Shown piece after piece: positions 1 through 9,694 of a stretch of 64,000 nt of DNA. Position 1 is the stretch's first letter. Each line of letters opens with the position of its first letter. Source of the stretch: Nitrospirota bacterium (GTDB lineage: Bacteria; Nitrospirota; UBA9217); NCBI GenBank assembly GCA_963836175.1, contig CAWIIS010000006.1:95213-159212 (forward strand), given 5' to 3'. The notes beneath the pieces are model-generated. The model made no database searches and had not been told where the DNA came from. It was given only the letters and a program-made list of their open reading frames with translations. Both the position numbers and the translations under genes were made by a program.

Positions 1-1711
1 CCTGCAGGTAGGCCAGGCTCTGCTCCGCCACCGCCTTGAACACCGGCGCGGCCACGCTGCCGCCGTAGATGACGCCTTCCGGAGCTGTCGACCATCACCA
101 GGATCACCAGCTTCGGCGACGTCGCCGGCACGAACCCCACAAAGGAACTGACATAGTCCTTCTTTGAATACTGCGCCGGTCCGCTGGTCGATCTTCTGCG
201 CCGTGCCGGTCTTGCCTGCCGCGGTGTAGCCTGCGGGCTTCGCCTTCTGGCCCGTGCCGGCCTCGACGACCCGCTGCAGCATCCTGCTGACCTTGGCGCA
301 GGTCTCTTCCGATGATCACCCGGCCGACGGCCTGCGGCTGCGAATTTCTTGCCCTCCCGCCGTCCTGGTCCACGATCTCCGAGACGATATAGGGCTTCAT
401 CAGCATGCCGCCGTTGGCCAGCGCGCCGTAGGCCGCGGCCATCTGGATCGGCGTCACGCCGATCTCCTGGCCGATGGCGATGGAGCCGATCGAAACGCCC
501 GACCAGAGCCGCTGGTCCTTGAGCAGCCCCGGGATCTCGCCGGGCATGTCCACGCCGGTCTTCTGCCGAATCCGAAAGCGGTGATGTATCTGGAGAACCG
601 TTCCTTGCCGAGCCGCAGGGCGACCTTGATCGTCCCCACGTTGCTCGACTCGGCGATCACGTCCGTGAAGGTCAGCACGCCGTTCCGGTGGGCGTCGCTT
701 GATCACCCGGTCGGCGACCTGGATCTGCCGGCGCTGCAGTCGAATCGCTCCAGCGGGATGCACCACCTTCTCTTCGAGCGCGGCCGCTGCAAGGAACGGC
801 TTGAAGATCGAGCCGGGCTCGAACAGCATCGGTCACGCCGCGGTTCCGCCACTCCTCGGGCCGGTACTGCTGCGGCTCGTTCGGATTGAAGGCCGGCCGG
901 CCGTGCGGCCGTGGCGCACCGACAGCGCCAGCAGCTCGCCGGTCCGCGGGTCCATGACGATGCAGACGCCGCCCTTTGCCCGGGCTGCCGCGACAGCACG
1001 TCGTCCAGTTCCTTCTCGGCGATATGCTGGATCACTTCATCGATCGTGAGGATGATGTCATTGCCCGGCCTTCGGCAGCTGGTACTGGAAGCCGGGGCCG
1101 CCGGGAAACACCGTCCTGCCCACGGCGTCCTTTTCCGCCAGCACCCAGCCGTTCTACGCCGCGAAGCTCCTTGTCGTAGGAGCGCTCCAGGCCTTCGAGC
1201 CCTTCGTTGTCCACGCCCGTAAAGCCGAGCACCGGACCGGCAAGGGTCTTCTTGGGATAGAACCGGCGGCTCTCGAACCTGAAGCCCGACGTCCCTGGAC
1301 CCCAGGTCCTTCACTTTCTCGGCGCGGGCCGGCTCCACCTTGCGGCTGATCCAGACGAACTGCTTATCGCTCGCTGAGCCTGCGCTCCAGCATTCTGCGG
1401 GTCTTCCCGCAGGATCCGCGAAAGCTGCTGCGCCATCTGCCGGGGGTTCTCGATCTCGGACGGTATGCCGTAGACCGACTCCACATCGAGGCTCACGGCA
1501 AGTTCGCCGCCTCTGGCGGTCGAAGATCGTGCCGCGTTTTGGTTCCAGCTTGACCACGCGCTCCTGCTGCCGCTCGGCGCGGGCCGCCAGGTCCGCCCCG
1601 GTCGATGACCTGCAAATACACGAGCCGCCCCGCGACGAGCACGAAGCCCAGCCCGATCAATGCAACTATGAGGAGTATCCTCCCCCGCCTGTCCATCCGC
1701 CCCTGCTCCAT
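1..1711 (-). CDS. ftsI: Peptidoglycan D,D-transpeptidase FtsI/PBP3-like. The 3' part runs off the window and the gene is split by several frame changes
   Basis: ORF 1493..1711 gives the N-terminal membrane anchor ([27 protein letters not shown]). ORFs 703..1557, 454..678 and 104..829 carry PBP dimerisation and transpeptidase pieces, including SxxK (GSIFKP) and SxN (SSNVGT). It sits after ftsL in the dcw cluster. Confidence 0.85.
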
Positions 1712-1750
1712 GCTGCACCCTGCCTCGTCGCGACCGCGTGACCGAACCGG

Positions 1751-2137
1751 TTATTTCGAGCGCTGCTCATCCGACCGGCGCTGTGCTGCTTCCGGCTGTC
1801 GCTTCACGACGATCAGATTTTCCTTGGCGATCCGCACCATGCCGAGGCGCTTGAGCGCGATCTCCTCGATCCGTGCGGGCGACGACAGGCTGGCGGCCTC
1901 GATGCGCAGGGCGCTATTCTCACGTTCAAGGTCGCGCTTCTCCTGCTCCAGCGCCTCGATCTGATAGCCCAGCCGGACGATCTTGACCTTGCCGCCCACA
2001 TAGAGCAGCAGGACCGCGACGATCGCGAGAACTGCCAAGACCCGGCGCAGACTCCCCCGGTTGCCCCGTTCGAATACAAAAGACCCTATGTCGCCTGTTC
2101 GTGTCTGCATTTTTTCACCGCACCGGCTTCTCCGCAC
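1751..2137 (-). CDS. ftsL: Cell division protein FtsL-like (single TM segment plus coiled coil)
   Basis: 128-aa ORF with a TM helix (VLAVLAIVAVLLLYV) followed by a leucine-zipper-like segment (LGYQIEALEQEKRDLERENSALRIE). It lies between rsmH and ftsI. The start codon is uncertain (GTG at 2137 or ATG at 2110). Confidence 0.75.
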   Translation of the reverse strand: MRRSRCGEKMQTRTGDIGSFVFERGNRGSLRRVLAVLAIVAVLLLYVGGKVKIVRLGYQIEALEQEKRDLERENSALRIEAASLSSPARIEEIALKRLGMVRIAKENLIVVKRQPEAAQRRSDEQRSK

Positions 2138-2371
2138 CAGGCTACCGAAGAAGTTTAGTCAGTTACAATTCAATGTCTCAAATCTAAATATTTAAGGCAG
2201 GGAAAATCCTGAAATCTTTGACACTGATTAAAGCTGATAACAGCTATGAAGGAGAATCGTTCTTGTCTTTGTTTTATCATAGCCGTCGTCATATCTTTTA
2301 TCTATGTCAAAAATACCCCTGCGTGTTCTGGTTACATTCTTAAAGAAACGCCCGCCGCCGACTCCTGGTTT

Positions 2372-3298
2372 TTACAGCTTCTCCGCACCCCGAAGCTTTG
2401 CGCTCCGCGAAGCCGGGTTGCGGTCAACCTCGTCAGCCCCTGCGATGACCGGCCTTTTGGTCAGCACCCGGAGCTCCGGGATTTTTCCGCAGCCGCAGCG
2501 CGGCAGTTTCGGCGGACAGATACAGGCAGTGGCGGCCGTCACAAAGGCCTGCTTGATGATCCGGTCCTCAAGGGAATGAAAGGAGATGACGGCGATCCTG
2601 CCGCCGGGCCTGAGTGCGCGGACCATATGCTGCAACCCCTCGCGGAGTGCGCCGATCTCGTCATTCACCGCGATGCGGAGGGCCTGGAACGTCTTCGTGG
2701 CAGGGTGAATGCGCCGCGGGGGGTATGGAGGGAACACACTCGCGACGATGCCGGCGAACTGGACCGTGCCCGTGATCGGCCCCCGGGTCCGCGCCCGCTC
2801 GATTGCCCTGGCGATGGCAACTGCTTTGTCTTCTTCCCCGTATTCGCGGAAGATCCGGACGAGTTCCGCGATGGGAAGCGTATTCACGAGGTCCGCCGCG
2901 GTCCGCGGCATGGATTGGTCCATCCGCATATCGAGCGGCCCGTCAAGCATGAAACTGAAGCCCCGCTCCGGGGTGCGCAGGTGGAACCAGGAGACCCCCA
3001 AGTCGAGCATGATACCGTCGACAGCGTCGTAGCCAAGTTCGACCAGCACCGCAGGCAGCTCCCGGAAATTCCTCTGGCGCAACACGGCGCGGCTGCCGTA
3101 AGGCGCCAGAATCTCGCTGGCCCGCGCCAGCGCCTGGGCGTCCTGGTCCAGCCCGATCACCACGCCGTCGGGCGCCGAACGCTTCAGGATCTCCGCTGCA
3201 TGCCCGCCGCCGCCGAGCGTCCCGTCCACATACACGCCGCCCGAACGGGGCGCGAGCAGATCAACCGCCTCGTGAAGCAGAACGGTGATGTGTTCCAA
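2372..3298 (-). CDS. rsmH: 16S rRNA (cytosine1402-N4)-methyltransferase RsmH/MraW
   Basis: 308-aa intact ORF with the canonical N-terminus (HITVLLHEAVDLL...VYVDGTLGGGGHA) and the DLGVS and SFHSLEDR motifs. It is in dcw context. Confidence 0.95.
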   Translation of the reverse strand: MEHITVLLHEAVDLLAPRSGGVYVDGTLGGGGHAAEILKRSAPDGVVIGLDQDAQALARASEILAPYGSRAVLRQRNFRELPAVLVELGYDAVDGIMLDLGVSWFHLRTPERGFSFMLDGPLDMRMDQSMPRTAADLVNTLPIAELVRIFREYGEEDKAVAIARAIERARTRGPITGTVQFAGIVASVFPPYPPRRIHPATKTFQALRIAVNDEIGALREGLQHMVRALRPGGRIAVISFHSLEDRIIKQAFVTAATACICPPKLPRCGCGKIPELRVLTKRPVIAGADEVDRNPASRSAKLRGAEKL

Positions 3299-3300
3299 TT

Positions 3301-3412
3301 GCGGAGTTGCGGATTTCGGATTTCGGATTTGGATCAGGATCAGATCTCATGCTGCAATCCTCACCGCACGATTCCGTGCCCTACATTCCGCAATCCGCAA
3401 TCCGCAATGCTC
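3301..3412. repeat. REP-like element: inverted arrays of 7-nt tandem repeats (cggattt x3 ... ccgcaat x3)
   Basis: Read directly: ttgcggatttcggatttcggattt at the left and attccgcaatccgcaatccgcaatgc at the right, flanking about 50 nt. It lies between the STAS gene and rsmH. A related copy is at 47803..47834. Confidence 0.8.
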
Positions 3413-3413
3413 C

Positions 3414-3773
3414 TCACAGTCCCAGCGGAAGATTCGTTGCCGCCTTGGTCACCCCAAAGCTCCTGGCTGCCTGGAGCGGCGTATCGAACACCTGGAACTC
3501 CTCGAGCATGCCGGTGGTGCGGAATATATTCTTGATGTAGTCCGACAGTCCGGCCAGCCTGAGATCTCCGCCAAAGGACTGGAGCCGCTTTTTTTCATCC
3601 ACCAGCGTTGAGAGGATCGTAAAATGCACGTGCTCGACGGACTCGAAGTTCAGGATGAGGCCGTACATATCGCCCTTGACAAGCTGGCCGATGACGCGGT
3701 CCACCTCTGCCATCTTTGCAGCATCGATCTCGCCTTCGAGATTCATCTGATATACTTTGAGCTTGGTCTCCAT
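3414..3773 (-). CDS. STAS-domain protein (anti-sigma-factor-antagonist-like) inserted between mraZ and rsmH
   Basis: ORF 3414..3794. The likely start is METKLKV at 3773, 1 nt after the mraZ stop (3775..3777). STAS-like pattern: EGEIDAAKMAEVDRVIGQLV...LILNFESVEHVHFTILSTLV...LAGLSDYIKNIFRTTGM. Confidence 0.7.
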   Translation of the reverse strand: METKLKVYQMNLEGEIDAAKMAEVDRVIGQLVKGDMYGLILNFESVEHVHFTILSTLVDEKKRLQSFGGDLRLAGLSDYIKNIFRTTGMLEEFQVFDTPLQAARSFGVTKAATNLPLGL

Positions 3774-3774
3774 G

Positions 3775-4209
3775 CTATAGGCCCAGTGCTGCAAGCGTCT
3801 CGTTGATCTTGTCGCCGTTTTGAGAATGTCTCGCCTCCCATGCCCCGCTGTCCCAGATCTCTATTTTGTCGATGATGCCGATGAGCACCACGTTCTTTGC
3901 GATCGTCGCATGTTCGCGGTGCGGCGGCGGAAGGAGAATGCGGCCCTGCTTGTCCAGTTCGCACTCCGTTGCGGACGAGAAGAAAAAGCGCATGAAGTCC
4001 TTCACTTCCTGCTTCATCATCGGCAACGCCCTGATCTTTCCCTCGAGCTTCTCCCACTCCTCGAGCGGATAGACCGTCAGGCACTTGTCGTAGTCCATGG
4101 CCAGCACGAGCCTGCCGTCATAGCGGTCGGAAATGATGTCCCGGAACTTCGACGGCACGCTTACCCTGCCCTTGGTATCAACAGTATGTTCAAAACTGCC
4201 TCTGAACAC
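3775..4209 (-). CDS. mraZ: Transcriptional regulator MraZ
   Basis: ORF 3775..4224. The internal GTG at 4209 gives the canonical MFRG N-terminus, with GGAGGA 4-5 nt upstream. Two SpoVT/AbrB-like halves are present (DTKGRVSVPSKFR and LDKQGRILLPPPHR). Confidence 0.93.
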   Translation of the reverse strand: MFRGSFEHTVDTKGRVSVPSKFRDIISDRYDGRLVLAMDYDKCLTVYPLEEWEKLEGKIRALPMMKQEVKDFMRFFFSSATECELDKQGRILLPPPHREHATIAKNVVLIGIIDKIEIWDSGAWEARHSQNGDKINETLAALGL

Positions 4210-4226
4210 CAGCTCCTCCAGCACTG

Positions 4227-4291
4227 CCCACTTTCCCCCACCTCATACCACCTGCCAGCCAAAGTATATCTATCACGCATAGTGATGTCAA
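4227..4291 (-). promoter_or_regulatory. dcw/mraZ promoter plus MraZ-box operator
   Basis: On the minus strand: TTGACA (4291..4286), a 17-nt spacer, then TATACT (4268..4263). Downstream are three GTGGK repeats with starts exactly 10 bp apart (plus-strand cccac/cccac/accac at 4227, 4237, 4247). This matches the known MraZ operator layout. Confidence 0.7.
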
Positions 4292-4465
4292 GAAAATTAT
4301 TAATTTTATAGCAGGTTACGAGGTGGGTAGGATGACCACGAAAAAACTGTTTTTAGACGTGACAAGGGGTGGTAAAAAAGGTAATATGGGCTGCTGGACA
4401 ACAGGGGTCAGACCTGGCACGCTGAACCAATTAATGAGGTCTGCATCCTGCTGTCGTATTTTATT

Positions 4466-4810
4466 ATGAGCGACTCCTTTTTCTTTACAGCCGACGAACA
4501 GCATATCAAACGCGAGAAGAGCAAAGCGCGCGAACTCCGGGCTTCGCAGTGGTGGAAGCGGAAACGATCGAGCGGGACATGCTACTATTGCGGCAAGACG
4601 TTCAAGCCTGCGGAGCTGACCATGGACCATCTCGTGCCGGTCGTGCGCGGCGGCAAGTCCGCGCAGGGAAACCTTGTCCCGGCATGCAAAGACTGCAACA
4701 GCAAGAAAAAATATCTTCTCCCGTCGGAGTGGGAGGAGTATGTAACATCGCTCAAAAAAGAACCCGCGCGCGGACCAGAAAACGGGCCTGAGGGTACGGA
4801 CCCGGCTTGA
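4466..4810 (+). CDS. Small HNH endonuclease
   Basis: 114-aa ORF with CYYCGK...DHLVPVVRGG...NLVPACKDCNSKK, which is an HNH/ββα-Me zinc-finger signature. Confidence 0.85.
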   Translation: MSDSFFFTADEQHIKREKSKARELRASQWWKRKRSSGTCYYCGKTFKPAELTMDHLVPVVRGGKSAQGNLVPACKDCNSKKKYLLPSEWEEYVTSLKKEPARGPENGPEGTDPA

Positions 4811-4897
4811 CGGAGATCGCGCCATGAACAATACTAGCGGAGCGAGTCTTCAACGCCCCTCAGCTGTTTCGCATACGCACTTGATGGAGCGGACCTC

Positions 4898-5698
4898 ATG
4901 AGCTTTGCGACATTCGCTATGAAAAAAAACACTCTGCGGCTGATCCTGTGCATATTTTTTATCATGACCGCAGTTCCGTCTTTCGCATCGCAAATGCTGG
5001 TGCAGATCGGGACGCGGCCCGGCGTTACTGTCCAGGTCTATTATATAAAACACGCCGCTGCCAGGGCTACCGTGGTCCTGCTGCCGGGAGGAAACGGCAG
5101 CATCGGGCTCACCTATGGCTTCCCTGTTTCCTCCAGCTTTCTTGTCAGGAGCCGCGACTATTTTGCCGCCAGAGGCTTTAATGTCGCCGTCCTCGACAAA
5201 CCGAGCGATACTGATAATCTCGATTTCAATTTCCGGTCCGGTCCCGATCATCTGGAGGACCTTCGCCAGGTTGTGGCATATCTGAAAAATGACGAAAACC
5301 TTCCGGTCTGGCTCGTCGGAAACAGCAGAGGGACCATCTCCGCAACAGCCGCGGCAATTGCCTTTGGGAATGAAGAATTGGCGGGTATCGTGCTCACCTC
5401 GAGCATAACGTCCTGGTGGAAGAAGGGTGCGGTCACGTCGCAGAACCTGAAGGCCATTCGCATCCCGGTGCTGGTCGTGCATCACGCACGGGATGCATGC
5501 CGGATCTGCAAACCAGGCCAGGCTTCCCGGATCGTGGAAGACCTGACGAATGCGCCGGTCAAAAAACTGGTCATGGTAGAAGGCGGCGGCCCGCCCTCGG
5601 GCAAGGAATGCACCCCGACGCATTGGCATGGGTTCGTGGGGATGGACCAAGAGGTCGTTCGCCTCATTGCCGACTGGATCAAAGCTCCGGTGAACTGA
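4898..5698 (+). CDS. Secreted alpha/beta-fold hydrolase (dienelactone-hydrolase-like)
   Basis: 266-aa ORF with a signal peptide (LILCIFFIMTAVPSFAS), a nucleophile elbow (GNSRG) and a late HHARD segment. Confidence 0.7.
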   Translation: MSFATFAMKKNTLRLILCIFFIMTAVPSFASQMLVQIGTRPGVTVQVYYIKHAAARATVVLLPGGNGSIGLTYGFPVSSSFLVRSRDYFAARGFNVAVLDKPSDTDNLDFNFRSGPDHLEDLRQVVAYLKNDENLPVWLVGNSRGTISATAAAIAFGNEELAGIVLTSSITSWWKKGAVTSQNLKAIRIPVLVVHHARDACRICKPGQASRIVEDLTNAPVKKLVMVEGGGPPSGKECTPTHWHGFVGMDQEVVRLIADWIKAPVN

Positions 5699-5759
5699 GT
5701 GGGGCGGAAAATAATAGCTTGGATATAAACGCTTGTGCCTGCTGCCCTTCGAATGCTTT

Positions 5760-6473
5760 TTACAATAAAACTTTCTCCAGCCGTTCCTTCCTCTTCGCCC
5801 AATCAGGCATGTATTTCGATAACAACTTGTAATACCCGTTATTATGCGTGTGTTCCTTTAGATGACACAGCTCATGCATTATTACATAATCGATGCAATA
5901 TAGGGGAGCTTTAACGAGGTCCGTGTTAAGCAGTATGTCACCGGCCTTGCTGCAACTCCCCCACCTCTTAGTCATTTTCTTCAATTTGACCACGGGATAG
6001 GGTACTTTTAGGCCCCTTGCGGTTTCATAGCATTGCTGTAAGCGTTTAGAGAATATTTCCCGTGCATGCTCCTGATACCATTCAGTAAGGAGACGTTTTA
6101 CCTTTTGCCTATTATCTGGCACAGGTGTCATTACTGAGAAATTGGGGCCTTTGAGCTTCACAACGTTGTCAGAATGTTTTTTTACTCTTAGCCTATATTG
6201 TCGGCCAAGAAACAGGTGGGTTTCTCCTCCGACATATCGCCGAGATGGAGTCCGCGGTTCGAACTGTCGAAAATAGTTTATCTGCTTCCTGATCCAGCGG
6301 GCTCGTTTCAGTACCCGCTTTTGTACAGCAGCGGGCGTTGTACCGATCGGTGTTTTTACCACTACCTTGCCATCGGGATGAACCGCGATTTCCATCGTTT
6401 TTCGATCTATGTACACAACATCATATACGATGCTCTGCCTGCCGTATGTAACACTATCGTTATAACCCGTCAT
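5760..6473 (-). CDS. DUF45/YgjP-type (M48-like) zinc metallopeptidase, translationally coupled to hsdR
   Basis: 237-aa ORF with HEXXH (VIMHELCHLKEHTHN). Its start overlaps the hsdR stop in ATGA (6470..6473). Confidence 0.8.
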   Translation of the reverse strand: MTGYNDSVTYGRQSIVYDVVYIDRKTMEIAVHPDGKVVVKTPIGTTPAAVQKRVLKRARWIRKQINYFRQFEPRTPSRRYVGGETHLFLGRQYRLRVKKHSDNVVKLKGPNFSVMTPVPDNRQKVKRLLTEWYQEHAREIFSKRLQQCYETARGLKVPYPVVKLKKMTKRWGSCSKAGDILLNTDLVKAPLYCIDYVIMHELCHLKEHTHNNGYYKLLSKYMPDWAKRKERLEKVLL

Positions 6474-9400
6474 ACAATCTTCCTGCGCTGAGCTAGGTGC
6501 ATTGCCTGTTGTATAATTTCGTCCATTTGTTCTGTTGTTAGCTTCAGGCTGTACTTATCCTTTAAGCCGTCGTAGAGATAGTCGTCTATTTCGTTCATGG
6601 TTCGCTTCTGAGCATCGTGATCATCCCAAAAGTTCACCTTTCGATTGCGATCGAGAATAGCAATAATTTCGTTTGCCGACTCAACCGCAAGTTGCTCGAC
6701 CGAATGACCGTCACCGCTATTGATTAGAAGCGGCTTCAATACACCATAAAAAGCCATGGCATTTTCGTTGCCTTTTATTGACTGAGGCACATCATCATGT
6801 TCTCGTGTGACAATTTTGTTTTTAATTTCAGTCACTCGGTTCAGATATTCAAGGTCCGAAATGCGTTTGGCCCTGAATGCATCAATAGCTTGTTGAATCA
6901 GCTTCGAGAACCTCTCATAAAACGCGGGGTCCTCCTCCATTTTCTCGGTGATGACCTTCTTAGTAGCGTGTGCAATCGCATCAGCCTTGGCAGCAGTAGT
7001 CTTACTCACGGCATAGACACCGTGCTCCTCTTTGACCTGGCCGAACTTGCTCTCATCGAAAATGTTTACTGGTTCATTAAGCCGAATAACCTCATTTGCC
7101 TGAATATGAGTGTCCAGCAGCTTCTTAATCTTCGGCTCAAAATCTCGATAGTCAATTGTCTCTGCATAACGCAGTTTCACAGACGCCTTAAGATTATGGA
7201 ATCGTTTGAGATCATCTTTATATTGAGCAAGCTTTCCATCCGGAGTCTTCATGATGAAGTCTTCAGCGGATAACGCCATACCAAGCACATTGCTGTAGTC
7301 AGCTAAGCGTTGATAAAACTCTGCACGCAATGCATCATCACTCAAAAGGACTTCATATGCTTCTTCGTCATGCTGGTTTTTAACTTCTTTGAATAGATCC
7401 CAAAGGTCGGAATAGAGCTGGGGTAGTTTGGCAACTTCGGCATTGAGCGATGTAAGGGTGCCCTCCAGATCCTTTTCGTCAAAATCCGACAAGCCTGCTT
7501 CGGCGTACATCGTTAACGCCTGGTCAAGCTCACCAAGGATGCTGGCATAATCCACGATATAGCCAAACTCCTTTTCCGCGCCCAATGTCTCATCTTCATA
7601 AAGGCGGTTCACACGGGCGATTGCCTGAAGCAAGGAGTGCTCGCGAAGAGTCTTGCAGAGATACATGACCGTATTGCGAGGCGCATCGAAGCCCGTCAAG
7701 AGTTTATCCACTACGATAAGAATTTCTGGTTCTTCGGCGTACAAGAATTGGCTCGTGATCTGCTTGTTGTACTCCTCCTCTGAGCCGTACCGTTTCATCA
7801 TCTTCTTCCAAAACTGTATGACCTCATCGTTCGGTTCTTCATCGACCTCGTCATACCCTTCCCTGCTATCCGGTGGAGAAATGACAACCTCAGAAGTGAC
7901 GTGCCCAAACTCGTTCAGGCAAGCCTGATACCGCAATGCGGCTAATTTGCTCGGCGTCACCAGCTGAGCCTTAAACGGCGTGCCCTGCCAGTTAGCACGG
8001 AAATGTTCGCTGATGTCAAAAGCCCGCATGTAGATAACCTTGTCGGCCTTGTTCAGCATCTCAGCGCGAGCATATTTCTTCTTGAGATCGGCTTTTTGTT
8101 CTTTGGTTAGACCTTGCGTATGACGCTCAAACCACAAGTCTATAGCTTGTTTGTTCTGGACCATCTCAACATGCCGTCCCTCATAAAGGAGCGGCACAAC
8201 AGACTTGTCTTTCACGGCCTGCTGAATAGAGTAGTGCGGCTCGATCAGTCCGCCGAACTTGATAAAGTTATTCTTTTCCTTTTTCATGAGTGGCGTGCCG
8301 GTGAAGCCCAGGTAGCAAGCTCTCGGAAACATCTGGCGCATCCGGGCATGCATATTCTTGAACTGCGTCCTGTGAGCTTCATCGACCAGCATGAACACAT
8401 CAACAGATTCTTCCTGGTGTTTCTTTACGTTTAAGGCCTTGTCGAATTTATGAATCAGCGTCGTGACAATAGTTGCCCTCTTTTCAGAAACAAGCTCCAA
8501 AAGGTCACGGCCGGTTTTCGCCCTGTGGGGATCAAGACCGCATGCAGAAAAGGTATTCCCAAGTTGCTTATCGAGATCGACACGGTCGGTTACCAATATG
8601 ATACGCGGGTTAGGAATATCCTTGTCCAAAGCAAGGTTTCTTGCAAGCCATATCATCGTGAGCGACTTGCCTGATCCCTGTGTATGCCAGACTATGCCGC
8701 CTTTTCGACGGCCGTCTACGTCGATTTGTTTGACTCGTGAGATCGTTGACTTGATAACAAAATACTGCTGGTAGCGAGCGATCTTCTTAATTCCACCGTC
8801 GAAGATGATGAACTTGTAAGCTAGATCAAGCAGCCTCTCCGGCCGGCAAAGGCTATATATGGTTTTATCCTGCTCTGTTACCTGGCGTCCACCTTCGATT
8901 TCCAAAGCATCGAAGAATTTGCGTGCAACAGCAAAATCGCCGGAAAAGAGGGTGTCTTTGACCTCAGGTGTTAACTGTTTTTTAATGCATGTTTCAACTT
9001 CGGTTTCTTTGTCCTGCAACTCTTGCCACACGCTCCAAAACTTTCGGGCGGTTCCGGCAGTGGCATACATTGCTGCATTCTTATTAAGACCCATCACTAG
9101 CTGAGCATAAGTGAAAAGTTTAGGGATATAGTCTTCCTGCTGGTTTCTGATGCTCTGTGAAATGGCCTCTTTGATTTCGATTTTGGGTGACTTACACTCG
9201 ATTACGGCAAAAGGAATACCATTCACAAACAGTACAATATCAGGTCTGGCTGTTTCATCGCTTCGCGTGCGGCTCACGCTGAATTCCGCAGTAACATGAA
9301 AAGCATTGTTTTTCCAGTCCTGCCAGTCTATATAACGCATAGTGAAACTCTTCGAATCACCATCGACAGTTTGTTCCTGCGCTGTTCCTAATGTTAGTAG

Positions 9401-9694
9401 ATCGTAAACAGCTTCATTGGTTTTCTGCGACCCATCCCACTTAACATTTTTTAGCTTCTGAATTGCAGACTGGATATTTTCTTCGCTGAATAGATACCCC
9501 TCTCCTTTGTACTGGATACGGTTGATTTGCTTAAGTTGTTTACGAAGAATTTCATCCAGCAGCACATTCCCAACCTTACCCTGACGCTCTGTCATGGATT
9601 GTTCGGGAGTTAAGTATTCAAATCCAAGGTTGATAATCTGTTGCAATGCTGGAATCTGAGAGAGGTATTTTTCATTAAATCGAAATCCTTCCAT
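6470..9694 (-). CDS. hsdR: Type I restriction enzyme R subunit (HsdR)
   Basis: 1074-aa intact ORF with an N-terminal nuclease region, SF2 helicase motifs (GSGKS Walker A, DEAH) and a long C-terminal helical domain. It lies downstream of hsdS with a TAATG overlap at 9694. Confidence 0.95.
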   Translation of the reverse strand: MEGFRFNEKYLSQIPALQQIINLGFEYLTPEQSMTERQGKVGNVLLDEILRKQLKQINRIQYKGEGYLFSEENIQSAIQKLKNVKWDGSQKTNEAVYDLLTLGTAQEQTVDGDSKSFTMRYIDWQDWKNNAFHVTAEFSVSRTRSDETARPDIVLFVNGIPFAVIECKSPKIEIKEAISQSIRNQQEDYIPKLFTYAQLVMGLNKNAAMYATAGTARKFWSVWQELQDKETEVETCIKKQLTPEVKDTLFSGDFAVARKFFDALEIEGGRQVTEQDKTIYSLCRPERLLDLAYKFIIFDGGIKKIARYQQYFVIKSTISRVKQIDVDGRRKGGIVWHTQGSGKSLTMIWLARNLALDKDIPNPRIILVTDRVDLDKQLGNTFSACGLDPHRAKTGRDLLELVSEKRATIVTTLIHKFDKALNVKKHQEESVDVFMLVDEAHRTQFKNMHARMRQMFPRACYLGFTGTPLMKKEKNNFIKFGGLIEPHYSIQQAVKDKSVVPLLYEGRHVEMVQNKQAIDLWFERHTQGLTKEQKADLKKKYARAEMLNKADKVIYMRAFDISEHFRANWQGTPFKAQLVTPSKLAALRYQACLNEFGHVTSEVVISPPDSREGYDEVDEEPNDEVIQFWKKMMKRYGSEEEYNKQITSQFLYAEEPEILIVVDKLLTGFDAPRNTVMYLCKTLREHSLLQAIARVNRLYEDETLGAEKEFGYIVDYASILGELDQALTMYAEAGLSDFDEKDLEGTLTSLNAEVAKLPQLYSDLWDLFKEVKNQHDEEAYEVLLSDDALRAEFYQRLADYSNVLGMALSAEDFIMKTPDGKLAQYKDDLKRFHNLKASVKLRYAETIDYRDFEPKIKKLLDTHIQANEVIRLNEPVNIFDESKFGQVKEEHGVYAVSKTTAAKADAIAHATKKVITEKMEEDPAFYERFSKLIQQAIDAFRAKRISDLEYLNRVTEIKNKIVTREHDDVPQSIKGNENAMAFYGVLKPLLINSGDGHSVEQLAVESANEIIAILDRNRKVNFWDDHDAQKRTMNEIDDYLYDGLKDKYSLKLTTEQMDEIIQQAMHLAQRRKIV

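Noticed and set aside
3301-3412. Possible CRISPR array or other regularly spaced repeats
   Set aside because: The repeats are 7-nt tandem units arranged as an inverted pair. They are not 25-40-nt direct repeats separated by unique spacers. No cas genes and no CRISPR-like periodicity were seen anywhere in the window.
2246-3535. 429-aa plus-strand ORF
   Set aside because: It is antisense to rsmH, which carries a clear methyltransferase signature. It also spans an intergenic REP-like element.
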